From contig OZ024747.1 in assembly GCA_964016885.1 (NCBI GenBank), positions 36,456,001 to 36,520,000 of the forward strand: a DNA stretch of 64,000 nt, read 5' to 3'. Below, in pieces: positions 41,931 to 56,290 of this stretch. Numbering within the stretch: position 1 is the first letter of the stretch; each line of letters starts with the position of its first letter. This DNA comes from Eledone cirrhosa. Its lineage: Eukaryota. The translations under genes and the position numbers were made by a program. The notes under the pieces are model-generated. The model was not told where the DNA came from, did not search any database, and worked only from the letters and a program-made list of their open reading frames with translations.

Positions 41931-42084
41931 TTCATTATTTAACGATCGTTTCTAGGATATATATGTGTTAGAATTGGCATGCATATTCAACAGATCTATG
42001 TACAAAATTATACAAAATTATACAAACTATCAAGATTAAATATACATACCAACACATATATACGCCGTCTTCAGAAATAATGAA
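41931..42084 (-). ncRNA. Type I hammerhead with extended stem II
   Basis: Mirror of 52717-52860, with an extra 10-bp tandem copy (tacaaaatta) in the stem II loop. Confidence 0.8.
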
Positions 42085-42727
42085 ATATATTTATTGATAA
42101 TAACAACAATTCAAAATTTCAGGTCCGTTTGGGAACAAAATTGACCAATGAAAATACAAAAGGTTTTATGCAGTTCGGTGTGTGTATATACATGTAACTA
42201 CCCTTACACATATTTTACAAAAATGTATGCTCAACATGTATACGCATACCAAAAGGATGGATGCAAATACAAAATTTCAAGGTTAATGTCTCTGTAAGTT
42301 TATAATGCACAGATAAGATGCGTATAGACACATAAATATGAAATAAGTGTATACACATATTCTCATACTCACACATATCCGTACAATCACACACACGCGC
42401 GCGTATATGCATAAACATACACATAATTACGAACATACAAATACACACACACCCCCACTCACATATATATATGTGGATATAATATTATCATAAGCACATG
42501 GATATTAATTCACTCACATAAACACTGCCACACGCATTTAGATCAAGATACAGAAATTAGGTGGGAGGGGGGGAGAGGTCAGTATTCAACGGTTTGGGCA
42601 GACTGCTTATTATAGATGTATCTATAAACTAAGAAAATAAAAAATAAAAATTAAAAAGGAAAGAAAAGAAAAAGAAAAAAGAAAAAAGAAATATATCAAG
42701 AAAATATATATATATATATATATACAT

Positions 42728-42773
<46 letters not shown>

Positions 42774-42870
42774 ATATACATACATATACACACATCCACA
42801 CTTAGAACATACATACACACACATATATAAACATATACATATACACACATACACACATATACACACATAC

Positions 42871-42925
<55 letters not shown>

Positions 42926-43225
42926 TACACATATAATCCCACATACTATATAGACACACATATATATATACACATACACGCACATATACATACACATACA
43001 TACTTATATACATACAGATATACACATACATACCTATATATACACACAAATACATACAGACATACATACATACATACACACAAATACTTACGCATCCATA
43101 TATCGGTATATACATACAAACACCACTACACTCTCACACATCTCAGACATACAAAGAAAAAGGTATATACCTATACACATATACATATACAAATAGAGAT
43201 ACATATACATATATATATATATATA

Positions 43226-43256
<31 letters not shown>

Positions 43257-43449
43257 ACACATATACACACATATACATACATACACATACATACATGTAC
43301 ACACACATACATATACATACATACACACATACACACATACATATATAGTCATACACACACATACACCTACACGAACATACACATACACATATATAAAGAT
43401 ATATATACACACACACACACATACACACACACACATATATATAAAATAA

Positions 43450-43484
<35 letters not shown>

Positions 43485-44050
43485 CATATACATACACACA
43501 TACATAGACATATATGTACATACATACACATACATACATACATACACACACATATATACATATATATACACACATAGACACATACATACATACACACACA
43601 ACATACATACACACACATATATACTCATACATAGAATTAGATATATATTCATACATACATACGCACTTACATATACTCATATATACAAATACATACGCAT
43701 CCATATATGCGTATATACATACAAACACCACTACACCCTCACACAACTCAGACATACAAAGAAAAAGGTATATACATATACATATATACACGCATTAATA
43801 GAGATATATATACACATATATATATATATATATATACACATACATTTATATATATACACCCACACACACATACAACCATAAACACACATACAAACACACA
43901 CATACACATATATATACACATACATATATATACACACACACAAAAAACAGACATACACATATATATTTTTTACACATATATATACACATATATATACATA
44001 TACACACCCTCACATATACACACATACACATAAGTTATATTATAATAATA

Positions 44051-44109
<59 letters not shown>

Positions 44110-45197
44110 CGAATATAGACATATATACGCACATAGATATATATATATATATACATATACACACACACACTCACATATATATGTGCGCACACGCACATAT
44201 ATACACATACACACATATACACGTAAACACATACATGTGCATACATGCACATACACACATATACCCACATAGATACGAAGATAGACATATAAATAGAGAG
44301 ACATACATATATATACACACACATATATACATACATACATACACACATATATATATATATATATACATACACACATACACGCCCACACACATATACACAT
44401 ATACACATATATATACATACACACATACACATACACATATATATACACATGCATATATACACATATACATATACATACACACATATATATACACACAATC
44501 TTACATTCTTATTTGCATGCGCATATATGTATTTTTATATTCAGATATAAATACCCAAACATATATACACCTACCTACATATATATTCTCATACATACAC
44601 GCTTACAAACACAGATGATAATAGTATGGGGGAAAGGGGGGGGGGTGGAGAAGGGGATTATAGTAAATATATGTTTCAAGAAACATAGAATATTATCTGT
44701 ATCTGGATCCAATGTATGTTTTTACATAGTTTCAGTGTTAGGAAATACTAGAAATAAGGCAAAATGTATGCATTTCAAAATAAATAAGTATACCATTAAT
44801 TATATGTTAACTAAACTAAAGATAGTTAACATATTGATTTCTAAGGTGTAAATTAGTTAGGTTTATAATATTTGAAGCAGAATTTTGAAGTTAAATAGTA
44901 GTAGAGTATTAATTATAGTATAACTAAATTAAAGTTAATAACGTTATGGTATCAATATTAGGAAATGAATTTAGTAATAGGGAAAAAACAAATAAAGTAT
45001 TACATCGGTAGTAGAATATAAATTATAGGTTAACTAAATTAAAAATTATATATTAATTTCTATAGTATATGTTAATTAGGTATATAATAAATAAAACAGA
45101 TATTGTATTTTATCAATAGCAGAATATAATTATATGCAAATAGAAATCAAAATTAATACATATACATATACATATACATACACATATATATATACAT

Positions 45198-45240
<43 letters not shown>

Positions 45241-45728
45241 TACACATACATATACATACATACATATACATATTTTTTCAAAAATTGCAAAGAATATATT
45301 AACTAGGTATATATCCAAAACACATCCCATTCTATGATTACATGACATTCTGCAATCCGTCTGTATAAGGATACTAATTTTAAGCCAATTAAATTAAATT
45401 TTTAGGTTGACTAAATTTAAAACCAAATTATAAATATATTTCTAAAATGTATATTAATTAGGTCTATAATACTAAAAATTATTTCTCTGTCATTGGATAC
45501 ACGATATTTTGTTATATTTTATCTGTAAAGGAATTTTAATAAAAGGTTTAAATAAATTAAAATTAATCTATAAATTAAATTACTAAGTATATATTAGTAA
45601 TATTTAAAGGTTTTTCACAATTTATGATTACACAATATTTTATATTCTCATCTGTAATAGAATTTTAATTAAATTAAATTTATAGGTTAACTAACATTTA
45701 AATTAAATTAATTTCTAAAATAATGTTA

Positions 45729-47962
45729 TTAATTAGGTTTATAATATTTAAATGTTTTTTTTAGTTTATGATTACACGATATAATTAATTCCTGTCGTTT
45801 ATTCAATAGGATATCCTTAGATTTCATTATTTCAAATAGTTCTTGGGAACATAATCTACATTCATTTCTATTATTTTGATAAGGGGTGGCTCTTTTGAGC
45901 ACACTCCAGGTCAAATCATATTCTATATTCTTATTTTTATAACTATTGATTTTTTCTGCTAGAGATGTTGTATTAGCCAGTGCGGCATTTTTAAAACTAT
46001 GCTTGTGGGTATTAAACCTTGTCTTAAAATTGTTAGAGGTAGCTCCTATATATGAGCAAATAGAATCTTTAGTTTTAACATTACATTTATAGACTATGTT
46101 GTTAACAAGACAATTCCCTTTTAATGGGCAGTTTGCTTTGTTTCTACAGTTACAACCTTTCGTTAATTCTGTATTTGAGGAGATATTATGGTTAATTTGA
46201 TGTACTGGTGGTATACTTATGGTTTTCTTACATTTATATGCATTATAGGCACTTATATTTTGTTTTATGTTATTTGTTGTAGAGTATGAGAATTTAACTG
46301 TAGACCTATTTAAGATTTGATGGTATTTGTGGTTTGGCGGGAAGTTTTTCTCTAGGATATAAAAAAATTTTTTAGCAATATTATCCTTAATTTGTAAATT
46401 AAATGGAGCATTATACCAAGTAACCCGTCTATTACGGTTTCTATGTTGTTTATTATTTTTATTATTTTTATAGGTTGTATCGTGATGTTTACTAGGAGGA
46501 TTAATGTTAATGATCTCACCACAACCATTTTTAGTTATATTTGTAGATTTAGGTGTTTTATCCTTTTTATTAGGAGTTTTATTATTAATATTTATTAGAG
46601 TTGTATGATGAGTAGTTTTTTGAGAGTTACTATATTTTATATTAGAAGATTTGGTATTTTGGGGTATAGTGTGGGTGGCATTTAGGTGTGAACTTTTCAT
46701 TTGGTGTTTGTTGGTAATATTAGGTTGTATGCTTTCAGTATTTTTAGTAGAAGGTATATATTCTAATCTATTTTTGTGGCCACTTCTATCTAGAGCTTCG
46801 TTATAGAAGGTCGCATTTTTATCAAATACATCTTGGTTAGAAGAAAGGTTAGAAATTCTAAGTGATATATTATATGCAAGGTTTTTAAGGATAGATTTAG
46901 GGTGATTAGATTGTGAGTGTATGTAATGTAAGTTTTGGTTTGGTTTATGGTAAGGTTGGTAGATACCCGTAGCTAAATCTAAAGTTATATCTAGGAAATT
47001 TACTACTTTACTTGTTTTTTCAAAAGTAATATGAAGATTATAATAGTCTTTAAGGAAAGTTCTAATATGTTTTTTTGTTTTTTTCAATTTCTGAAAGGCT
47101 AAGGTTGTTAGAAAGAAGAAGACAGTCATCACGATATAAACCACCTTTGAGGTGGGGAAAGGAGGCATTTATGTTGAAAAGGAGAAAGAGGCCCACAAGA
47201 TCAGTAATTTGGGCGGAATCGCTTGAACCCATAGTAATATCAAATAGATTACTATATGTGTTTCTGGTCCAGTATTCATTCTGAAATTCAATAAGTGTTA
47301 GTCTAGCATGTGTAATAATATTAATGTCATCCAAAGTTAAGTTAGATCTATTTTTAGCAAATATCAATGCTTTGTTCAGGAGTATAAGTGATATAGAAGA
47401 ATAGTAATTATCTATATCAAATTGTAGAAATGAAGCAGAAGATTTACATCTAATATTTTTAAACCAGTTAATTACCTGGGAGGTGTTTTCCCAGAGTGGT
47501 AAAATAACGTGTTTTCTTATTTGTGGGATGACTCTATCCAAAATTTTTTTGCTAATTATTCCAATATCTGATTTGGAGGGACATATAAGTCTAATAGAAG
47601 GATTTGAGTTAAAGTTTGATTTATGATCCTTCAGGTTGAAGTGTAGTCTTTTCAATGCCAAAGGTTCAGTTCTATCTTCAATGTTTAGTTTTTTTACTAT
47701 GTTGTGTGTTTTGTTGTTGATGTTGGTGAGTGATGCATTATTAGATTTTTTATAATTTTTTCTGAGTTCTTTATATATGAACTCATTATAATGTTCAATA
47801 TCCATATGATACAAGTTACCAGTTTTGTCCGAGTGGACATGGATTTTTTTAGACTTTTTTAGGTCCAATAGGGTAGAATCAAGGTCCTTTTGAAAGACGG
47901 ATTTATACTTTTCAAATTTGAGGTGTTTAATTAAATTAAAAAGGTCTTTCTCGAAGTCTTCA
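45729..47962 (-). CDS. PLE RT plus GIY-YIG polyprotein (5'-truncated; 1-nt frameshift at ~47070-47085)
   Basis: SDKTGNLY, LKDHK..F...PSIRLICP, FLQFDIDNYYSSI, FDITMGSSDSAQITDLVG, GGLYRDD, VNFLDITLDL, YIHSQSNHP, CNCRNKANCPLKGNCL, IVY..YIG..FKTRFNTH, CRLCSQE..CNH. Confidence 0.93.
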
Positions 47963-48095
47963 CGGAAATATTCGTATTTTTGTATTGTATGTGTGTATTA
48001 ATTTTATATTTATGTATATACATATATATGTATGATTTTATAAACCCATATACATTTAGTTGAGCTCTTTCAATTGTCCATCATCCATATCACAA

Positions 48096-49065
48096 TGGAA
48101 AAACAATATTTGGGAACCTCTTTAAAAAACATACCAATACCTTCTAAGGATGACTTCTTACTCCTTATGATTCAAAAAACTAATAATTTTATCAGAAGGG
48201 TTAGATGGAGAGCCTACCACTTCGATAAAAAATCTAAACAAGCAGATCGGAAATATATGTATGATTTCAATACTTACAAGAATCCACCACACAACTTTTT
48301 ACTTGAAGACTTCGAGAAAGACCTTTTTAATTTAATTAAACACCTCAAATTTGAAAAGTATAAATCCGGGTTACTTGGTATAATGCTCCATTTAATTTAC
48401 AAATTAAGGATAATATTGCTAAAAAAATTTTTTATATCCTAGAGAAAAACTTCCCGCCAAACCACAAATACCATCAAATCTTAAATAGGTCTACAGTTAA
48501 ATTCTCATACTCTACAACAAATAACATAAAACAAAATATAAGTGCCTATAATGCATATAAATGTAAGAAAACCATAAGTATACCACCAGTACATCAAATT
48601 AACCATAATATCTCCTCAAATACAGAATTAACGAAAGGTTGTAACTGTAGAAACAAAGCAAACTGCCCATTAAAAGGGAATTGTCTTGTTAACAACATAG
48701 TCTATAAATGTAATGTTAAAACTAAAGATTCTATTTGCTCATATATAGGAGCTACCTCTAACAATTTTAAGACAAGGTTTAATACCCACAAGCATAGTTT
48801 TAAAAATGCCGCACTGGCTAATACAACATCTCTAGCAGAAAAAATCAATAGTTATAAAAATAAGAATATAGAATATGATTTGACCTGGAGTGTGCTCAAA
48901 AGAGCCACCCCTTATCAAAATAATAGAAATGAATGTAGATTATGTTCCCAAGAACTATTTGAAATAATGAAATCTAAGGATATCCTATTGAATAAACGAC
49001 AGGAATTAATTATATCGTGTAATCATAAACTAAAAAAAACATTTAAATATTATAAACCTAATTAA
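48096..49065 (+). pseudogene. Internally deleted PLE ORF: N-terminus joined to the EN region
   Basis: MEKQYLGTSLKNIPIPSK..FIRRVRWRAYHF..FEKDLFNLIKHLKFEKYKS, then a jump at ~48368 into sequence matching the reverse complement of 46428-45729. ~1.47 kb including the RT core is missing. Confidence 0.9.
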
Positions 49066-49554
49066 TAACATTATTTTAGAAATTAATTTAATTTAAATGT
49101 TAGTTAACCTATAAATTTAATTTAATTAAAATTCTATTACAGATGAGAATATAAAATATTGTGTAATCATAAATTGTGAAAAACCTTTAAATATTACTAA
49201 TATATACTTAGTAATTTAATTTATAGATTAATTTTAATTTATTTAAACCTTTTATTAAAATTCCTTTACAGATAAAATATAACAAAATATCGTGTATCCA
49301 ATGACAGAGAAATAATTTTTAGTATTATAGACCTAATTAATATACATTTTAGAAATATATTTATAATTTGGTTTTAAATTTAGTCAACCTAAAAATTTAA
49401 TTTAATTGGCTTAAAATTAGTATCCTTATACAGACGGATTGCAGAATGTCATGTAATCATAGAATGGGATGTGTTTTGGATATATACTTAGTTAATATAT
49501 TCTTTGCAATTTTTGAAAAAAATATGTATATGTATGTATGTATATGTATGTGTA

Positions 49555-49597
<43 letters not shown>

Positions 49598-50424
49598 ATG
49601 TATATATATATGTGTATGTATATGTATATGTATATGTATTAATTTTGATTTCTATTTGCATATAATTATATTCTGCTATTGATAAAATACAATATCTGTT
49701 TTATTTATTATATACCTAATTAACATATACTATAGAAATTAATATATAATTTTTAATTTAGTTAACCTATAATTTATATTCTACTACCGATGTAATACTT
49801 TATTTGTTTTTTCCCTATTACTAAATTCATTTCCTAATATTGATACCATAACGTTATTAACTTTAATTTAGTTATACTATAATTAATACTCTACTACTAT
49901 TTAACTTCAAAATTCTGCTTCAAATATTATAAACCTAACTAATTTACACCTTAGAAATCAATATGTTAACTATCTTTAGTTTAGTTAACATATAATTAAT
50001 GGTATACTTATTTATTTTGAAATGCATAAATTTTGCCTTATTTCTAGTATTTCCTAACACTGAAACTATGTAAAAACATACATTGGATCCAGATACAGAT
50101 AATATTCTATGTTTCTTGAAACATATATTTACTATAATCCCCTTCTCCAACCCCCCCCTTTCCCCCATACTATTATCATCTGTGTTTGTAAGCGTGTATG
50201 TATGAGAATATATATGTAGGTAGGTGTATATATGTTTGGGTATTTATATCTGAATATAAAAATACATATATGCGCATGCAAATAAGAATGTAAGATTGTG
50301 TGTATATATATGTGTGTATGTATATTTATATGTGTATATATGCATGTGTATATATATGTGTATGTGTATGTGTGTATGTATATATATGTGTATATGTGTA
50401 TATGTGTGTGGGCGTGTATGTGTG

Positions 50425-50469
<45 letters not shown>

Positions 50470-50705
50470 ATGTATGTATGTATATATGTGTGTGTATATA
50501 TATGTATGTCTCTCTATTTATATGTCTATCTTCGTATCTATGTGGGTATATGTGTGTATGTGCATGTATGCACATGTATGTGTTTACGTGTATATGTGTG
50601 TATGTGTATATATGTGCGTGTGCGCACATATATATGTGAGTGTGTGTGTGTGTGTGTGTATATGTATATATATATATATCTATGTGCGTATATATGTCTA
50701 TATTC

Positions 50706-50759
<54 letters not shown>

Positions 50760-51316
50760 TATTATTATAATATAACTTATGTGTATGTGTGTATATGTGA
50801 GGGTGTGTATATGTATATATATGTGTATATATATATGTGTAAAAAAATATATATGTGTATGTCTGTTTTTTGTGTGTGTGTATATATATGTATGTGTATA
50901 TATATGTGTATGTGTGTGTTTGTATGTGTGTTTATGGTTGTATGTGTGTGTGGGTGTATATATATAAATGTATGTGTATATATATATATATATATATCTC
51001 TATTAATGCGTGTATATATGTATATGTATATGCCTTTTTCTTTGTATGTCTGAGTTGTGTGAGGGTGTAGTGGTGTTTGTATGTATATACGCATATATGG
51101 ATGCGTATGTATTTGTATATATGAGTATATGTAAGTGCGTATGTATGTATGAATATATATCTAATTCTATGTATGAGTATATATGTGTGTGTATGTATGT
51201 TGTGTGTGTATGTATGTATGTGTCTATGTGTGTATATATATGTATATATGTGTGTGTATGTATGTATGTATGTGTATGTATGTACATATATGTCTATGTA
51301 TGTGTGTATGTATATG

Positions 51317-51359
<43 letters not shown>

Positions 51360-51552
51360 TTATTTTATATATATGTGTGTGTGTGTATGTGTGTGTGTGT
51401 GTATATATATCTTTATATATGTGTATGTGTATGTTCGTGTAGGTGTATGTGTGTGTATGACTATATATGTATGTGTGTATGTGTGTATGTATGTATATGT
51501 ATGTGTGTGTACATGTATGTATGTGTATGTATGTATATGTGTGTATATGTGT

Positions 51553-51583
<31 letters not shown>

Positions 51584-51883
51584 TATATATATATATATAT
51601 GTATATGTATCTCTATTTGTATATGTATATGGGTATAGGTATATACCTTTTTCTGTGTATGTCTGAGTTGTGTGAGAGTGTAGTGGTGTTTGTATGTATA
51701 TACCGATATATGGATGCGTAAGTATTTGTGTGTATGTATGTATGTATGTCTGTATGTATTTGTGTGTATATATAGGTATGTATGTGTATATCTGTATGTA
51801 TATAAGTATGTATGTGTATGTATATGTGCGTGTATGTGTATATATATATGTGTGTCTATATAGTATGTGGGATTATATGTGTA

Positions 51884-51938
<55 letters not shown>

Positions 51939-52038
51939 GTATGTGTGTATATGTGTGTATGTGTGTATATGTATATGTTTATATATGTGTGTGTATGTAT
52001 GTTCTAAGTGTGGATGTGTGTATATGTATGTATATGTT

Positions 52039-52071
<33 letters not shown>

Positions 52072-52716
52072 ATGTATATATATATATATATATATATTTT
52101 CTTGATATATTTCTTTTTTCTTTTTTCTTTTTCTTTTCTTTCCTTTTTAATTTTTATTTTTTATTTTCTTAGTTTATAGATACATCTATAATAAGCAGTC
52201 TGCCCAAACCGTTGAATACTGACCTCTCCCCCCCTCCCACCTAATTTCTGTATCTTGATCTAAATGTGTGTGGCAGTGTTTATGTGAGTGAATTAATATC
52301 CATGTGCTTATGATAATATTATATCCACATATATATATGTGAGTGGGGGTGTGTGTGTATTTGTATGTTCGTAATTATGTGTATGTTTATGCATATACGC
52401 GCGCGTGTGTGTGATTGTACGGATATGTGTGAGTATGAGAATATGTGTATACACTTATTTCATATTTATGTGTCTATACGCATCTTATCTGTGCATTATA
52501 AACTTACAGAGACATTAACCTTGAAATTTTGTATTTGCATCCATCCTTTTGGTATGCGTATACATGTTGAGCATACATTTTTGTAAAATATGTGTAAGGG
52601 TAGTTACATGTATATACACACACCGAACTGCATAAAACCTTTTGTATTTTCATTGGTCAATTTTGTTCCCAAACGGACCTGAAATTTTGAATTGTTGTTA
52701 TTATCAATAAATATAT

Positions 52717-52860
52717 TTCATTATTTCTGAAGACGGCGTATATATGTGTTGGTATGTATATTTAATCTTGATAGTTTGTATAATTTTGTACATAGATCTG
52801 TTGAATATGCATGCCAATTCTAACACATATATATCCTAGAAACGATCGTTAAATAATGAA
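52717..52860 (+). ncRNA. Type I hammerhead with extended stem II
   Basis: ttcattattt-CTGAAGA-[~105 nt closed by tatatatgtgttgg/ctaacacatatata]-GAAA-CGATCG-TT-aaataatgaa. Perfect 10-bp stem I; palindromic AACGATCGTT. Confidence 0.82.
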
Positions 52861-52914
52861 CTTTTTTTGTTTAATATAAGGAACTGTTTCATTGTTTTAT
52901 TCATTATTTGTTTA

Positions 52915-53041
<127 letters not shown>

Positions 53042-54962
53042 ATTTATATGCGTACATATGTGTGTGCGTGATATGTAAAAACTATGTATATTAGATTACC
53101 TTCTTTGCCTCTAGTTTACTTTAATATTTAGATACATTATAGATACAAATATATTCTTAATTTTAAATCGATGTCTGTACTGTCGTTTCAATTTGCTTTA
53201 GACACGGTTTGTATACGGCAAAATATTTAATTCATGATAACAAATAGATTTATTAGTTTCTGTTTGTAATATAACATTTGTTAAACTAATATAATCCCAA
53301 AATATAACGGAAATTACCTAGAAGACTTATAATATATAAATTGACCGGGATTTTCCAGTATTAAATTATTACATAGATGATATATGTGTTTTTGAAAAAC
53401 AGACCAGTTCACTGTTTGAAAAGGATATAATCCACTGATTTATCAAGTATGAAATGAGATAATCGGAGAAAAACATTGGAACTCTTTTAGAGATAGTTCT
53501 GCTGTGATTTATGAATCACAAAGCCAGTAGAAGACAACAGATGCGTGTCTGTTTTATTTTCTTGACTTTTGTTATGCAGTTTTTTTATTATATTTCTATA
53601 GCTAAATAGAGAATATTTTTTTCTATTTTCACTTAAGTCACTATCGATTTGGCACGAATATTTTTAGATTTAACATTAATATTGATGTTTCTGTGCACAA
53701 AAATATGTTTCCTCAAATTCCTCTTCTTTTTTTATGTGTATGTTGGTAAAATGATGTCTCATTTTATAATTTGTATTCGAAGAGGAAAAGGTTCAGTTTT
53801 ATGTATGTGTTTTTATGTGTAACTATTAAGAATATCGATATGTGATATACTTACTGATATATGAGTTTTCTTAACGTTCTTTCAGAAATTATCCGCTGGT
53901 TAAATTATTGTTTCTTTTGAAGTGTCAAGCTGTAGGACAAAGTTCATCTCCAATTGCTACGGAGTCCAGATCATCGAAACCTAATAAATCAATATCAATA
54001 ATATGCCTAGGTGTGGTCTGGTTTATATAATACACTACGGTATAATATAAAAAATAGCTTGCAATGGCATTAATAAATACTTCCTTATTGTATGCGAATG
54101 TATGTATAAACATTTCAGTCTTCAATTGTTCCTTCAAGAGGGCGAATCTTTTCTCCGATTACACAAATAGCATTCCATCTTTGTTTTCTACTTTCTAAAC
54201 GGGGTAGCTGGTTGTAGTGTTTCCCACGATAGACAGTTAACAATAAGTAATACGTTTGAGGAAATATGATATTAGATATATGTATATAAAAGGGAAATAA
54301 AGTATATTTTTTTAACATGAGCACCAAGCTAATATATGCTAAGTCTGAATATATTATTTCAAAAAGAATAGAAATCTTGAACCTTACTCCCACATATTTT
54401 ATGTTTCTTTCATCTACAACTTATTTAGGGAATTTATAACCAAATGAGATTCTTCTAATTCTTCGTTTTCGGCATTGAAAATTACAGAAATGGTATCATA
54501 GAACCGACATCGCATCTTTGCTGAGAAAGTGCAAATTTATTAATGGACGTATTTCCAAATTGAAAGAAAGCAAAATATGGTATCCTATATTCAATTGAAA
54601 TCAAAATGGCATCCTAAAGGAACAATCTGCAGCGATTCATATAATTCACAGGCGTCAATGTTAAGAGTATCAGCTGTCAGCGTTGAAGTAGATTACGTGA
54701 CGTATGATGACTATTGAGAGAGGAGCGCTGGATAATGCTTACGAAGCGATGTGTCATTTTCGGCAAAAGAAATATTTTGAAAGTCAACAAGGTTTGAATG
54801 GATATTTATTTGCTGGTTATACTACTAGACTATCATATATAAAACTATGAAATCAATCCTTGCATGATACCATTCAATTCGACCAAAAGGTATAACGGAA
54901 TCTCAAAATATTGAAATTAATTGGACTGAATATTCCCAAGCACTTCTAATTATCATTCTTTA

Positions 54963-55078
54963 ATAATTGTTTCTACTTTTGGCACAAGGGCAGCAATACC
55001 CAGTGCATTACTGGTACGTTATTTTATCGACCCCGTAAGGATGAAAGGCAAAGTTAACCTCGGCGGGATTTGAACTCA
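54963..55078 (-). mobile_element. Deu/Nin-domain SINE (truncated)
   Basis: ctggtacgttattttatcgaccccgtaaggatgaaaggcaaagttaacctcggcgggatttgaactc. Confidence 0.85.
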
Positions 55079-56087
55079 TAAACATATATAACAGCAAAAT
55101 TTAATCAAGTTATATCAGAAAAGTAAAATATCATATTTCTTATTTTGGGTAGAAACTATTCGTAATCTAAGATTTCATGGGCTAATCAATTGGTAAAAAC
55201 TGCTCCTCAAATTTACTGCATTCCTTTTCTAGAATTATATTACAGTAATTATCTCGCACAGGAATAGCAACACACGCTTAAAATGCATACTTCATGACGT
55301 GCCCTTCATTACAAATTGTGATATCAGGCAATGACTCTTCCACGATGGAATTGCTGCAGATCTCTAATGTTCGAACTTGGCAAACAAGAACAAATCTGTA
55401 ATACCCACACAAATATACACATACGCACACACACACGCGCACGCTTACAGATACACGCACACACACACACACACGCACACACATACAAACATTTATATAT
55501 ATACATATATATATAGAGAAAAAATTGTGAATGTATAATCAAGGCTTCTTGACAGCGCAATCTAGAATTACTGATGATCTTTCATACTAGTGTTAATAGA
55601 GCCAGCTATCTTTCATAATATGCTGGCAACTACACTTTATCACCGTTCACGTACACAACAACGGTTGTGTCTATTTGGATTATAAATTATTAGTTAATTA
55701 ACGGGCTGTCATTAATACGAATGCATGGAAAATACATTATATATTGTTGTTGCCACATTATATTTTTTTATAATTTTCTTTTACCGTTTCCTTTCTTGTT
55801 TCTTTTATTTGTACGGATATGTTTCCTTTATCCTGATTAAAAGGATCTACAGCAAATATGTTTGCGTTGTGTGGGAAAATGAACATTACAACGTTGCATT
55901 CAAGCTATGGGTGGGGAGATTTGGATTGTTGACCAAAAAACATGCTGAATGGTAAATTAAAAACATCCAATAGAATTGATTGTTCATGTTCCGTGATCTA
56001 ATCTAAATAATTACACTATATATTCATAATTTTGGGTAATGAAAAATGTTCTGTAATAATAGTAATGATAATTATTATAATGAATTT

Positions 56088-56290
56088 AAGGCCAGCGGAT
56101 TGGCAGTACCGGGGCAGGTGCCGAATAACATGTTGTGTGCCATATAGTTACTACCCGTTTAGGTACTGAGCTCAAATCCCGCCGAGTTTAGGTTTGCCTT
56201 TCATCATACGGGGTCGATAAAATAAAACACTAGTAACGCATTGGGGACGATGTAATCGACATTTCCCTCCAGTAAAATTGCTGGTCATGT
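56088..56290 (+). mobile_element. Deu/Nin-domain SINE
   Basis: ggattggcagta..gagctcaaatcccgccgag..gcctttcatcatacggggtcgataaaataaa. Confidence 0.8.

Noticed and set aside
45729-47962. Naiad-type selenoprotein or N-terminal EN PLE, or telomerase
   Set aside because: The EN is C-terminal, there are no in-frame TGA codons in the long ORFs, and no TERT-specific motifs were recognised.
53925-54393. Short minus-strand ORFs (..FDDLDSVAIGDELCPTA*)
   Set aside because: No recognisable domain and no consistent exon chain.
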